Of a stretch of 64,000 nucleotides of DNA, positions 14,691 to 27,992 are shown in pieces. A program made the position numbers and the translations under genes. This DNA comes from Callorhinchus milii (taxonomy: Eukaryota). The DNA lies in contig NW_024704742.1 of assembly GCF_018977255.1 (NCBI RefSeq), positions 48,486,001-48,550,000 on the forward strand, given 5' to 3'. The notes beneath the pieces were generated by a model. The model was not told where the DNA came from. It did no database searches and saw only the letters and a list, made by a program, of their open reading frames with translations. The stretch's first letter is position 1; each line of letters begins with the position of its first letter.

Positions 14691-15574
14691 ACTCATCCAC
14701 AGGATGTCGGCACAGCCCGATGGATGGTCCTCAGTCAGGATACCTAATGACCTGGGGGCCTGGAGCCCAGAATATTTGGGGACCCCTGCATTAGATGAAG
14801 CAAAGCCAGGAAAGGAGCTGGTCTATGAAACATTGAACACAAGAGCCTCGCGAATAAGGGTGCAATTTATTTTGGTAACAGGATTTAAGGTCCTCCAATG
14901 TTCTCTTGATCTCAGATGTTGTACAGTATTATTTACATTCATACAGTCTTTCACGTCAGGAAGACATTTCAAAGAGCTTTAACAGAGCTGCATTTTATGG
15001 TGGGGGTCAGGGAAACAACCTCACCCACACCTATATCACTTGTGAAACGTTTCGTTAAAAATTGGAAGTGCGTTATAATAAATAAAACGCCGTGACCTTG
15101 GAACTTTTGATAAAAATAACTACTTAAATTTTTAAAAATCTCTTGCAACATTTTCTTTTTAAGTAAAATGCACTCACGTCCAAGTGCTGCATTATTTATC
15201 TGCAATCCTTTTTACTTCCACAGCAATGAACGCGTTTTAATGCTCTGACTGGCACTTGGCCAAAGCTCTGCTGCAGATGTCCCAAACTCGTGTCAAGTTA
15301 AGTCAATGCGGTGCTTGGCAGCAACCAAACACCCAACAGTGAGCTGGCAGTGACACGGACACTTAGTCCCATGGCGATCAGAAAAATTGGACTCGTCTTT
15401 CTTGCACCACTCTCCACATGCACAAAATAAAAATTCCAAAGAATTGGCAGGGAAATTGCTTTTGCTCCTCTATTAGAGGAGAGCACTGCTAATGGTACCA
15501 ATATTCTCCGATCACTGTATTTACGGATCTGTTAACATAGAAATGGGTTTACATTAATCCACTTTCGGCCTTCC

Positions 15575-16130
15575 CAACTCTTCCCTTCACAAGCTGCAGA
15601 TCATCCCAAACTCTGTAGCTCGTGTACTCTTGCGCACCAGGCTCCGTGACCCCATCACTCCCACCCTCACCTGACTCCACTGGCTCCCCATCCCCCAGAG
15701 GATCGAGTTCAAGATCCTCGTCCTCACTTTCAAGGCCATCCATGGCCTTGTCCCCTCCTACCTCTCTGACCTGCTAACTCTCTACCAACTTGCCCGCTCC
15801 CTCCGTTCAGCGGGCTCTGGCCTGCTCCATGTCTCCCACCCGACCCACCCTACCATCGGTGGCCGGGCTATTAGCCTCTCTGCCCCCACACTCTGGATCT
15901 CCATCCCACAGTCCCTTCACCTCGCTTCCTCCCTTGCCTTCTTCAAGGCCGGTCTCAAGACCCTCCCCTTCGATCGTGCGTTCAGTCTCTCTTCCACCTC
16001 TCTGCCTTTCCTCACCCCTACCCCACCCCTTCCCCATGCTCAGGTCCTGATCCCTGACTGTCCAGCGCCTTAGGACGTACTCCCGACGTGAAAGGTGCTC
16101 TGTAAATGTAATTTTGCTGTTGTTGTTGTA
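15575..16130 (+). mobile_element. L2 LINE 3' end
   Basis: ORF2 C-terminal motifs LHWLPIPQRIEFKIL...IGGRA, pyrimidine-rich 3'UTR, tail ggacgt...gacgtgaaaggtgct...(TGT)n. Confidence 0.88.
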
Positions 16131-16856
16131 CATGAAGGCCCATGTCACATATCCCAACATATAATAATAATAATCCCAGCATTTGATAATCGTTGAAACG
16201 TCTCATGGATTACATTGTAAAGTGGATTGACAGTGTATTTTGTGAGCAAAACATATAGCATGTGGAGAGAAAACAGTTGGGGAAAGACTCATTGCTGTTG
16301 AGAAATGTACAATCTGCGTATGAAGAAGTCATATACATGAGATGAAGTATGTTTCAGTTTACATTAGTAAAAAAGAAATTCCTTAAAATCTGTTAAAAGT
16401 CCAACAAGCCTGCAGTAATGAGTTTAAATGCAAAAAACACGTACCTCTCCCAGTGGAGTTTTTGGCGGATGGGCTTTATACATAATGAATCATTTAGAGT
16501 TAGGTGAACGTGGGCACTGGTACGGAATGACCTAAATACAAGTTGGGCTTGTGCACATTAAACATAATGTCGATATGTCGCAGTGCTTTACACAAAAATA
16601 CATGGATTATCCAAATTAAAAAAAAATGTTTTATTAGAGTTTTAGATTACAGGAATCGATGCCAAGATCTATATAACATTTAAGACTTTAAACAATGCTG
16701 TTATTTATTGAAAAACAGACCATTAAAGCAGGAAAAGGTTGAAAATGCGAGTTAATCAGCAAATTGCAGCCCAGACTAGTTGATAATTTTTACATAGAAT
16801 TACAGTGATACAGCACGGAAACGTGGCTTACGGCCCAACAATTCTGGGCCAGGAGA

Positions 16857-16893
16857 AATATATATATCTATATTATATATATATATATATATA
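16857..16893. repeat. (TA)n microsatellite; (CA)n also at about 1495-1519
   Basis: Seen directly. Confidence 0.9.
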
Positions 16894-18513
16894 GCAGGAC
16901 CAAATTCTGTTCCTCAGTGCAAATTAGCTGCACCCTTGGAATTCAGTTCCTTTCTAACAGAGTCATCTCACTCACAAGCTAGAAGCATGATTGGAATATG
17001 AGCAATGGAAATATCACACTGTAGGGGCCGCTTTAAGGTTGCGATTAGTTTCTCAGTGAGTTGTTCCTCATAAACCTATTTATTAAGGCCAATCACCTAA
17101 CCATGTTGTGGCCCATCTGGTTTCGCCACGACTCATTCCATCATGACAGTGCCCTGCTCCACTTGTCCCAGCTATTCACTTAACTCCTCACTTCATTAAA
17201 AAATGGTTCAGGAAAAAAACAGAAGAGAACTGAAGGTGCGATGTTCCTTTAGTTTATAGTATTAAGAACAATATCAGCAAACTGACCAGTTCTTGAAAAG
17301 TGAAAATGGTTTGAATCTTGTCAGGAAGGCTGACTGAGGATAGCACATTGAACTCATTTTAAAAAAAAACAGTTTGATGCTAATGATGGGAGGATAGGAG
17401 GATGGTATTCAGGAAGGATGAGATCAGATGGATTGAAGGGCATTTTTTTTTAATCTTGTGAACCCTAGAACCATAGAATTTTACAACACAGAAGGCTTTT
17501 TGACCCGCCCATTCCTGAACTCCTGCAAATGATTTCCTCTCTAGATAACTATCTGAAGATCCTAGATTCTATAAATATAAAGTGATCGTGTTTTAGTTGC
17601 ACTTCCACAGATGTGATGTACAGTGACACGAACTGAGAGGTGGGCGTACTGAAGTGTTATAAAGAGAGACAGAAGCTCATAAATAAAACCTGACATTTAT
17701 TTTAAAATTAGATCTGCCAAGCCAAACAGAATTTATTTCCTCACGGCCTTATTTAAATAATGGAAAATAAGTACATTGCATCATGCAGCACAACATTTAA
17801 TGCATCATTATGCAAGTTGACTGTCTGTTGCTTTGTGTGTCAGCCTGGCTGAGTTGGTAGCACTATCTTTTCAAGCCCCATGTCAGAAATTTGAACCCAC
17901 AAGTCTAGACTGACATTCTAATGAATAATAATATTAATCCTTGCATTTGGTATAGCGCCTTATTACATTTTTGAGACGTCTCAAAGCGCTTCACAGAATA
18001 TACTGTAAAGTGAATTGACTGTATATTTTGTGGGTGAAATAAAGTGCTGGGGTAATGCTGCATTGATGGAGATTCCATTCTTCAAGCGAGACATTAAACG
18101 TAAGACCTTAGACTGCCTGATCAGATGGACTTTAAAGATCCTGTGGCCCTATTCAAAAAGAGAAGGGAGTTTCTCCTGGTGTCTTGGCTACCAATCCTCC
18201 AGATAAAATTGGTCATTCACTTTGTGGCTGCTGTAGCACATTGCTGTGTGAAAATTGACTGCCATGTTTGCCTACAAAATACAGTCACTACAATTTACAG
18301 TAAGTCCTGTGAAGTGCTTTGAGGTGTCCTCCTGACATGTTTAAGAGCTCACTGCAGATAGTAATGTTCAATGCAGATGTTAGCCAGTCAGGAGAGACAA
18401 AAAACAGGATGTGTAGAATTATATAGACTGTACAGCACGGAAACAGGTTATTTAGCCCAACCGTGCCAATGTTTATATGCCACATGAGCCTGTACTTCTC
18501 ATGATCCACTATC

Positions 18514-18837
18514 AATAATAATAATAATAATAATCCTTGCATTTGATATAGCGTTTTTCACGTCAGGAGGACGTCCCAAAGCGCTTCACAGAACACACTG
18601 TAAAGTGAATTGACTGTATATTTGTGGGCGAACGCGGCAGCCAATTGCGCAGAGCAATGTCCCACAAACAGTCGTAGATTGAAAATGACCGATTTTATTA
18701 TTGTTTTTGGAGGGATTATTATTAGGCTCTGTGTGGAGTAAGGAAACTTGCCCAAGGTTTCGCCCTCTGCCTGGAATTGAACTCAGGTCACTCGCTTGCA
18801 AAGCGAGTGCTCTAACCACTGAGCTACAGGACTCCAC
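18514..18837 (-). mobile_element. Same tRNA-SINE family, short variant, full length
   Basis: Reverse complement aligns along its length with 29848-30176. Confidence 0.9.
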
Positions 18838-19936
18838 TCCATCAAATACCCTTCTATTTCCTTCTCCCTCATGTGTGCACCAAGTTTCCTCTTAAATATG
18901 TCGACAATTTCTGCTTTAACCAGTGTTCAGAGAGAGGGAATAGAGAAGCATAGATGAGGGGAAAAGGAGCTGTGGTTGGGGGCTTATGGGATGTACTGTA
19001 TAAACAGCAGTACACTAGTGTTTAGCCAAATGGTCTGTATCAGGGTTGTATCACTATGTAGTGAGTCCTACGTTGTCACCGTCCTAATATCCTCATTCAA
19101 TTGGATATTGCCTTCCGTGCCTGTTCTAACTCGGTTACTCGGCACTGAGGTCAGTTTTGTGTTACTGTGTTGTTATCAATGCTGTATAATATATATCACT
19201 TTCACAAGCCTCAGCGTGTTGAATATGTACCAATCGAGGCACTTACACAGATGACAATGGAGCAGTTATTAATTTATGTTCCTTCTGGTGAAGGAAACCA
19301 GCTATCCATCCAAGATTGGTTTCACCTATGCAAAGGAACACGGGCAACGAGAGCGGAACAATGATGGATTGTATGACAACCAGAAAGGGATGTAATAAAA
19401 GAGGAATGCAGTGCACTGATTACTATCTATGCATAAAATATGCACACAAGTTACTGCCAGGGAAATCTTACAGGTAATGGTGCTACCTTGTTAGAAATGC
19501 CGTCCATCTTTTCAATGAGACATTAAACAGAGCTCTTATTCACCTGTTCAGATGGATGTTAAAGATCCCATTCGCACTATTCAAAAAGAGAAGGGAGTTT
19601 CTCCCAGTATGCTGGGCAACAATTGTCCAGATAAAATTGGTCATTCACTTCATGGCCGTTTCATGGGATATTGAGTGTGCAAATTGCCTGTTGGGGTTGC
19701 CTACAAAATATACAGTCTGACTGTACTTTGCAGTAAAATTCTGTGAGAATTTTCAACAGCATAATAAAGTGCCATAACATATGCATGGATTATTATTATC
19801 CAACATCATCAGTCTCCAGGTTGTTAACACTGATTGGTGATTTCCTAAAGAGCTACAAACACGCAAATTGTCTAGAGTACAATTTGTAAGGATCAGCAAT
19901 TTCTACGATCGTATAAAAATATTAATATCAAAAGGC

Positions 19937-20245
19937 AATAACAATAATCCTTGCATTTGATATAGTGCCTTATCACGTTGTTGAGACCTCTCAAAGCACT
20001 TCACAGAATATCCTGCAAAGTGACCGTATATTTTGTGGGCGAAACAAGGCAGCCAATTGCGCACAATAATGTCCTGGGAAAAGGGATCCATGAATCGACT
20101 AATAACCAAGTTCCTATTCAATGCTAGGTAAACAGAGGCGTGTGGAGTAAGGAAAATTGCGTTAGGTTTTGCCCTGCTCACTAATCATACCCGGTCATCT
20201 TGCTTGCAAGGCAAGTGCTCTAACTGATACTCTATAGGGCTCCAC
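19937..20245 (-). mobile_element. Same tRNA-SINE family, long variant
   Basis: Head plus extra segment gcctctgtttacctagc...ttagtcga plus tail. Confidence 0.85.
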
Positions 20246-20659
20246 CAGTCAAATGAGCTTTCTAAAGTTAATAGAAATCTTTAATATCGAATATATTCTG
20301 TGTTGCTTCTGTTCATTTTATCTTCTCAACTATGCACCAGCCCTGTGAACGTAAAAAAATGGACTGTATTCAGAGCCAGGTGATGCCCCCAAGTGGCTGG
20401 ATTTTACTGGAAGTGCTGTACACAAAACATTACTGTGTAATGACAGTAGAAACCCAGCAGGTGGAACCAGCATTCTGAGCTTGTGTATTATCAAGACATC
20501 TCAGCCTTTTCTGCCTCCATCACATTATTTTGTTTCCCAATTACTGTTGCCCAGTGGTTTGTGTGTGTTTGAGCAGTGGCCAGATTGTCCCACTGTTGCT
20601 GAGACAGTCAGCCATTCCTGATAGTACCCCTATGGAACAATATTTTAAGATAATCTTCA

Positions 20660-21005
20660 GAAGGGGGATGATGAGAATTTTTTTTTAACGGTGTTACGGT
20701 CTGGAATGCACTGCCTGAAAGAGTGGTGGAAGCAGATTCAATAATGACTTTCAAAAGGGAATTGGATAGATAATAAAAAGGGAAAATCTGCAGGGCTATG
20801 GGGAAAGCGGGCGAGTGGGACTAGTTGATAGCTCTTTCAAAGAGGCACGATGGGCCGAATGGCCTCCTCCTTGGAATCATAGAATCATACAGAAGGAGGC
20901 CATTCAGACCACTGTGCCCAGGCCGGCTCTTTGAAAGAGTAATCCAAATTAATCCTACTCCCCGATCTCTCCCCATAGCCCAGCAAATTTGTCTCCCTAA
21001 ATATC
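20660..21005. mobile_element. Two CR1 3' ends joined tail-to-tail (+ copy about 20660-20872, - copy about 20875-21005); other CR1 pieces near 11185-11660(-), 31515-31655, 34560-35000, 45680-45892, 50825-50985(-), 61370-61550
   Basis: gggccgaatggcctcct tail motif and its reverse complement aggaggccattc lie adjacent. Confidence 0.8.
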
Positions 21006-21380
21006 TATGATTCGATAAGGAAATTCTAAATTCGGAGTCAACACAAAGGAGGGCAATGTGGGGACTATTCTGATGTTACAATCCCAATCAGATCTTCAGA
21101 GAACAGCCAGGAAGGTGCACAAGTAGAAAATAAACTGTCTGAGCAGTAGTATTGCCATGGTTACTGTGCATCCCAACCTGTGCAGTGTAACCATGGCACA
21201 TCCCACAGCACCAGAGACTGCATAGACTTCAATGGGAATGAACTTACTAGATAGCAGTTAGAAATATAAAACAAAGAACTTGATTTTAAATGGCCTTATC
21301 ACGCTGCTGTATGTGATGGTACGCAGCTTTCTGTGGCTGCCTAACGTATGTTTAGAGGTGGAAGTTTAGAGAGGACTGAC

Positions 21381-21441
21381 CTTGGCTTCGGGGTCACTGT
21401 TGATGGTACAGGAATCATCTTCCTCAGCTTGCAGTGGGGTT
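21381..21441 (-). CDS. APBB2: APBB2 exon preceding PTB1
   Basis: (R)TPLQAEEDDSCTINSDPEAK. Acceptor cttcatag|A, donor AAG|gtcagt; 61 nt, phase 2/0. Confidence 0.93.
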
Positions 21442-21551
21442 CTATGAAGATAAAGCAAGAGTCTGTATTTCATCAGGAAAAGATTGCAGAACAAACAAAA
21501 AGATGGGACTGGATTGAAAACTGTTCAATATTGAACTGCATTAGTGTTTAC

Positions 21552-21637
21552 CTCAGTTTCAGAGAAGCGTAGCGAAGTGTTGCTCCCTCAAACTCCTTCA
21601 GACTGGGGTCCGGGTTCTCTGTAGCAGCATGCAGGTC
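21552..21637 (-). CDS. APBB2: APBB2 exon (WW-PTB1 linker)
   Basis: DLHAATENPDPSLKEFEGATLRYASLKL(R). Acceptor ttgcag|GAC, donor AG|gtaaac; 86 nt, phase 0/2. Confidence 0.95.
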
Positions 21638-23518
21638 CTGCAACAACACAATTGCCACTTAGGTTGAAGAAACATTCAAGTCATATTTCTTAAAAGATTC
21701 AAACTATCACCAGTGGGAAGCAGGGTGCTTGGATGATGACGAATGTCACTGTTGTGACATTCCTCATCTTTGGATGAAACATTAAGGTGGCTGAGCAATC
21801 TGGGATGCCACCCTATGCAAGAGGCGTTATATAAATGCAAGTTGTTGTTGTAGGAAAAGAGGTTTGGGAGAGGGGATTAGGTAGGGTAAAAGTTGGGGGT
21901 TCAAGCCTCAAATCAAGACTTTGGGATCTCTCAGCGGGGTACCTCAAAGAGAGCGTCTCTCTGCAGAGAGGTTTAAACAGCTCCTACTGGCTCATCCTCA
22001 CCGAAATGAAGTCTGCTTCCCGTGGAATGGAAAGATCTGCCTTCCCTTTCGCCCTTTATACAATCTCGAAATCCCAGGATGCTCTTCAATGAATACCAGG
22101 ATTTGGGGAGCACCATTTCCAAACGGTTCTTGGGATTTAAATTCCTGGGATTGAGTGCGCAACCCTTACAGCGATGTCCCACAAACAGCATGAAGTGATG
22201 GACTAGTTTTATCTGGTGGATTTTTGGCCAGGACAATGGAAGAAACTCTTTGCTCTTCTAGAACAGTGATGATACGGGATCTTTAACAACCAGACAAAAC
22301 CTCAGGTCAATGTCATACAAAGCACAGTACCTCAGACAGAGAGGCAAAGCCTCAGCATTACACTGAAGTGTCATCCTAGACTATGAGATGAAGTCCCAAC
22401 GTGAGGTTTGAACCCACAATCTTCTGACTCAGAAGTGAGAGTCAGGCTGACAACCTGTCTACTACTTTGGATGAGTGTGTTATAGCCACATGCTCATACT
22501 TTACATTGAGCCATTACCCACTGCCACAAATGTTGAGTCTTTAAACCTACAATTCCATTTCTTCACTAGCTTTGATTTTCAGAACTGGTCATAAGGAGAC
22601 TCTAGTGGGCCATTAGAACACATAAAACACTCAGCTGTCAACTCCAACTGTGGAATAACACTAAGGTATCAATACCAACGGTTTGCAAGCAATCCCTGTT
22701 GAGCCCTTCCAGCAAAACCAGTTCATCGTAAGCTCACAGCACAAAAGGAGGCATTCGGCTCACTGTGTCTATGCTCGTGCAAGCTCTCTCATGTGATCTA
22801 TCTGGCCCATGCTATTCCTCAGTTTAATATTATTTCAATTAATATTATTATTTTTCATCAAGCATGTGTCTGATTCCCTTTTAATGCTGTTATGGACTCA
22901 TCTTCAATAGGCCATTATGGAGAAGCATTCCGCAGTTTAGCATAGTTAACATTAAAAAATTCTTCAAATCAACCTATTTTTTCTTCTGGTGATAATTCAA
23001 TTGGTGCTTTGAGAGTCCTCCCAACATGAAAGACTTTATACAAATATAATTTGTTGCTGTTGTTGTTGTTACTACTCAATGATTAGTGGAAATAGTCTCT
23101 CTCTATTTATCCTGATCAAAACTATTCAGAATCTTATGAACTTCATTAAGAAATCTAATTGAGTGGTTCCATGCTGGGCAAAGTAGCCCAGCAACTGCCT
23201 TCATAACATATGTTGAATGTTTAAATTACAGACAGAAATTGACTGGGAAAAACACATCTGAAATGTTTTTTTTCCCGACACTGGATGACATCTCACTGCA
23301 TTCATGAAACAATTCCAAAAAAATCCGACATTGATTTGAAGTAAATACAGTACTTTGGAATGTTTTCTTTCCTTAGAAATAATATCCTTTTGATTATGCA
23401 TCAGACTGTACTTGCCTTCTACCCAGTACGTGCATTCGAATAAATGCAGATATTAAATGGGATTGGCTTGATTTATGATATGCTATTTGGTTAATACAAT
23501 ATTTCACAAAATACTTGC

Positions 23519-23578
23519 CTTCCAAATGTCACTATTAATCTTTCCACCATTCAGCACAGCAAAGTCAGTCCACGGTTT
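23519..23578 (-). CDS. APBB2: APBB2 60-nt linker exon with GC donor
   Basis: KPWTDFAVLNGGKINSDIWK matches recalled KQPWSDFAVLNGGKINSDIWK. Acceptor atccag|AAA, donor AAG|gcaagt; phase 0/0. Confidence 0.9.
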
Positions 23579-24024
23579 CTGGATACATAATTATTCATGG
23601 ACATAGAGACATATCCAGAGATGTGAAAGAAACACAAGACACTGCTGTTAGCACACTGGACTAATTAGTGAGACAACATTGTACAGTTTCCAAATTCTAC
23701 AGCAAACATATTACAAACTACTTACTCTCTAAAAAGTTTGTGGCTGAGGTTTCCATCAGAGTATGACACAATCTAATGCAACAAGGGTTAATGCTGCTGG
23801 AGAAGAGCTTGCATTTCTGTTTGTAATATTTTATCTGGTAGCAGAGCTGAGCAATTCTAGGTCACACAGCATGTGTCAGCAATAATCTGAAACTTCCTCT
23901 CCTTTTCCCCTCACACATCTTTATACAAACACTGAATTGAGGTCTGTTTAATCTGAGGAACACTCACAGTTCCTGCAAGTAGAACAACACCGATGTCTTG
24001 AATGTATACTAGAAATAGGTTATT

Positions 24025-24365
24025 GGGGCAGCCCCAGTGGTGAAGTAGCCAGAGCTACAGCTTACAGTCCAAGAGCTCACAGTTTTGAATTCTTGTCCAT
24101 GCTGAGTTTGCTGGTCTAACTAAGCTGAAGCTGTGTGGAGAGGATAAATTGGTCCCTGCCTTCCCCTAGAGAAGGGTAAACCAGCCAGGATCTCAGTTGC
24201 TGGTGTTGGTTTTGCGTGTGTATGGCAGTCAGGTGAGGCGAGGTCAGGCTCATCTAAAGTATCCACTACAGTGGAATGACTGACCAATCCCCAACTCTGC
24301 ATAAAAATCAGCCATTTGGATGGAGCACCAGAAAGCAACCAGTGACTGTGGAACTACCCCCAGAT
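24025..24365 (+). mobile_element. Ancient degenerate SINE, AmnSINE2-like (related copies about 3040-3370(-) and 33010-33330(-))
   Basis: Shared motifs gctgagtttgctggtct...ccagccagg...gcgtgtgt...gtcaggtgagg...ggtcaggctc across three diverged copies. The family name is from memory. Confidence 0.5.
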
Positions 24366-25007
24366 TGAGGAGACCAGAGAGGCAACATAAACAGTATAGG
24401 TAGCACAGTAATGCAAGCTCAGGTACACCACACTGACATTGCTTAATAATAAACCCATCATTCATCAAGTTCAGCCCAGACCCTGGGACACTTGGACATC
24501 AACACTGTATACAGAGAGCCCCGATTCCCACAAACAGAGAACATTTAACTTTATAATTTGAAAGATATTTTTGGATTCGAGTTGGGCCTTTCAACATTGA
24601 TATAAGAAGCAGTTTACACTTCGTCACTAAAAGCAAAATGAATAGGAAATCAGTTACTCTGAGGGAGCAAAAAAGGAGGGCAGGAAGTTGGGAAGGACAG
24701 AAGGCAGGAAGGAGTGGAGGGAAGGAGGAGTGGAGGGAGGGAAGGAGGGAGGGAGGAAAAGGAAAGCTGAATTTCCCTGTACCATCCTAGCTGAGGAGCA
24801 ATAGAAGCAGAGTGGTAAGTACCCACTCTTACCCAGGACACCTTATGCAATGCACAAGCCCAAGGATGGTTGAGAGAGAGAAAGGAAAGATTAATTATCT
24901 TAATGCAATGTAGCAAGAACTCGCAGGTGCTCACAGAGAATGTACACATTATGATTAGGAAACACTAACCAAATGAGATTTCAAATCAAACATTCAGAAG
25001 GATTTAC

Positions 25008-25216
25008 CTCACTTTCTGGAGTGGGAGATGGGGTGATGGAGCTCAGTGAGCCCTTTCTTTCCTCCAGGACCTGTGCTGTGGGAGAGATGGGGCGTTCCCA
25101 CTGAGTGGTGCCTGTTGGTATGTGCCAGTAATAGGTGCCGGCAACATCGTTGATTTTCTTCCATCCTGGCGGGAGGTCTGGGTCAGTCTGAAAGGATTGG
25201 TCGCTCCATATGTCTG
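25008..25216 (-). CDS. APBB2: APBB2 exon encoding the WW domain
   Basis: (A)[42 protein letters not shown]...[17 protein letters not shown]. Acceptor ttctcag|CAG, donor GAG|gtaaat; 209 nt, phase 1/0. Confidence 0.96.
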
Positions 25217-27992
25217 CTGAGAAACAGAATTTCAAAAAATATTAAAACAGATGCAAAGTATTGGTTTGATTCCTTCATGCACCAGATAGAAGAGGCTGAA
25301 GCTTTGTAGAACAGTTAGTTAATGGGGCCTGGGCTTGAATGCAGCTGATTATTACATTTGGTATAGTGCCTTTCATGTCAGGAGGTCATCCCAACGCTTC
25401 ACAGGATACACTATATAGTACAGTGTCTGTATTTTACGGGCAAATGCAGCAGCCAATTTTGCGGTCGGTAACGCCCCATAAACAGCCACATTACCACCTC
25501 TTCTTAGATGGGCACCAAAGATTTTATAAGTCTGGGAAGAATCAGCTGGCTTTCAAGCAGGTACAAAGCCACAGTTAAAGACAAAAGCTCTCAATAAATC
25601 AGCTGGAAATTCTTCCATCAAAAAATGTTAAGATGCAAAAACATTAAGATGAGATAAAATGTCATAAATAAATAAGAAGTGTAAATATTGTGATTTCTAA
25701 ACCCCTGAACTGATATAAACCTGGATAATAGTTGGAAAGACCATTTCTCATTTCGTACCTCATATGTTCCAACTCTATTTTGCCACAGAGTAGAGTAAAA
25801 ATGGACTATTTTTACGAAATGCAAGGAATATCATTATTATTATTTATTGCAGTTACCTGTTAATAATTATAATAATCCTTGCATTTGACATAGCACCTTT
25901 CACGTCATCGAGATGTCTCAAAGCGCTTCACAAGATATACTATAAACCTTCTGACTCAGAGGCCATGATAAAATTAGTTATTAACTTCAAGGTTGTTTGT
26001 GGGACATTACTGTGCCAAATTCGCTGCTGCATTTGCTCACAAAAATAGTCACTCCACTTTACAATATACCCTGTGAAGCTCTTTGTGATATTCTCCCGAC
26101 ATGAAAGATGCTATACCAATGTAAGGATAAGTATATTATGACTATGTTCTTGCTTCAAGCACTGTTTTGATAGGGCATTCCACGACCTAATGACCTGCTG
26201 TAAATTTCTCTGAACCACTCCCCAAGTTGTTTGGTAATGTTCTTATATTTATACCCTCTGGTTACTGACTCATCAATGGGTGGATGTAGTATCATGGACT
26301 GGGAGTATGTCAGGAGTATGTCATACTGTGTACTCACCTGGTTGGAATAGTGTAGTCTAGTAGTCAGACTCCGAAATATGCACACATTGGAGTCTCACTG
26401 TCTATCTGGGTGCTGCCTGTCTCACATTCACTCCCTTTGTCCCCTAACTACCCAATGAGGTACCTAATGGGTTTAGAAGTCTCCCACACAAAAGCATTCA
26501 CTACTCGACAATGATGTACATTTATTATCACATTTTCCGGAGTTACGTTAGTCACCCATGCTTAAAGTTACACCACAATTTTTCTCCTTCGCAACAAACA
26601 CGCTGTCATAGGAACAGGAGACAAATATTTGTCCTATAGAAGCGAATCCTCCTTTTTATTAGATGATGGCAGCTCCTTATCTTCTTACCCTATTTCCTAT
26701 TTTTTTCCAAGTACATCTCTGTCTTACACCTCAATTGATTCTACATCTATGGTCTATGAGGTATAGCATAACACATTCTCTCAACACTTTAGAATAAATA
26801 TTTCATTTAATGCTAGGTGCATTGTCTTTGCTGAGGTCAAACACAAATGACCTCAGCAAAGACAGTACGCGTAGCATTGTCTACCTCTCGACCTACCTCT
26901 GCGACCTACGAATCCCTTTACCAATCGTCCCGTTCCTTCCGCTCCGCGGACACTGGCCTCTCCACGTCACCTGCCCCACCATTGGCCGGAGAACCTTCAG
27001 GCTTTCTGCCTCCACCTTCTGGAATTCCATCCCGGAGTCCCTTCACCTCGCCCCCTCCCTTGCCACCTTCAAAGCCTGTCTCAAAACCTTCCTCTTTGAC
27101 TGTGCCTTCAGTCATCTACCCACACTCACCCCCTTTGCACTCCAACCCTCTGGATTTTAACCCCCAGCTCAGGTGCAGATTGATTGTCCAGCACCTTAGG
27201 ATGTCCTCCCAATGTGAAAGGCACAATGTAAATGCAACAAATTGCAATTATATTGTGCCTTTCACATCGGGAGGGCCTTCAGTATAACCTTCAAAAGCAT
27301 AAGCAGCGTAACTGAGAGCATTTTTATTTTAGGGGCTCAATTCCTTAATACTGTTTATTTTGGGGAGGGGCAAAATAAAGCAGAGTACCAATACTGAACT
27401 ATGTTTCAACCAAAGCAGTCGTGCTTTGCGAGGGTTCAAATACATTTCGGGTGGGTCTGCGTCCTTGCTGTTGAAGCTTCCACTATTTTGAATGTGGCTA
27501 CACTTCTAATAGACCACAACTGCACTTTCCCAGCCACCTGGAGCATGGACCCAATCTCCAAGCAGCTCTGGCTCAATCCTAGAACAGGCGTAGTATTGTT
27601 TCCAGTATTTGAACTGAACCAGAGGATCAAATGAGTCAGGATCTGGCAGGCAGGATTAGTGTATTGATTCGCACATTTAAGGGAAGTAAAATAAATTAAA
27701 AATACTTTTATTTTCCAAAAGTTAAAGCTGAAAAGTATCCTTTGAACATTTAAAAAAAATGCTGTTATTTCTTTGCTATTCTGGCCAAAAGCAGCAATAT
27801 GAATCAATATGTTCCAGAATCTTTTCAAAGTATTTATTTTTCTGACAATTAAGCAAAATGAACTGTTTTGTTAATGCTGTCATGCTTTCACAAAACTACA
27901 AGTTATGTTAGTCTAATGTGAAACCAGGGCCAAAAAGAAGCACAAAGCTTATGGTTGAATTATAGTCACACTGATGTCCAATCTAAGTTAGG

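Noticed and set aside
14515..14982. 155-aa ORF
   Set aside because: Spans a (GGAR)n microsatellite; no homology recognised.
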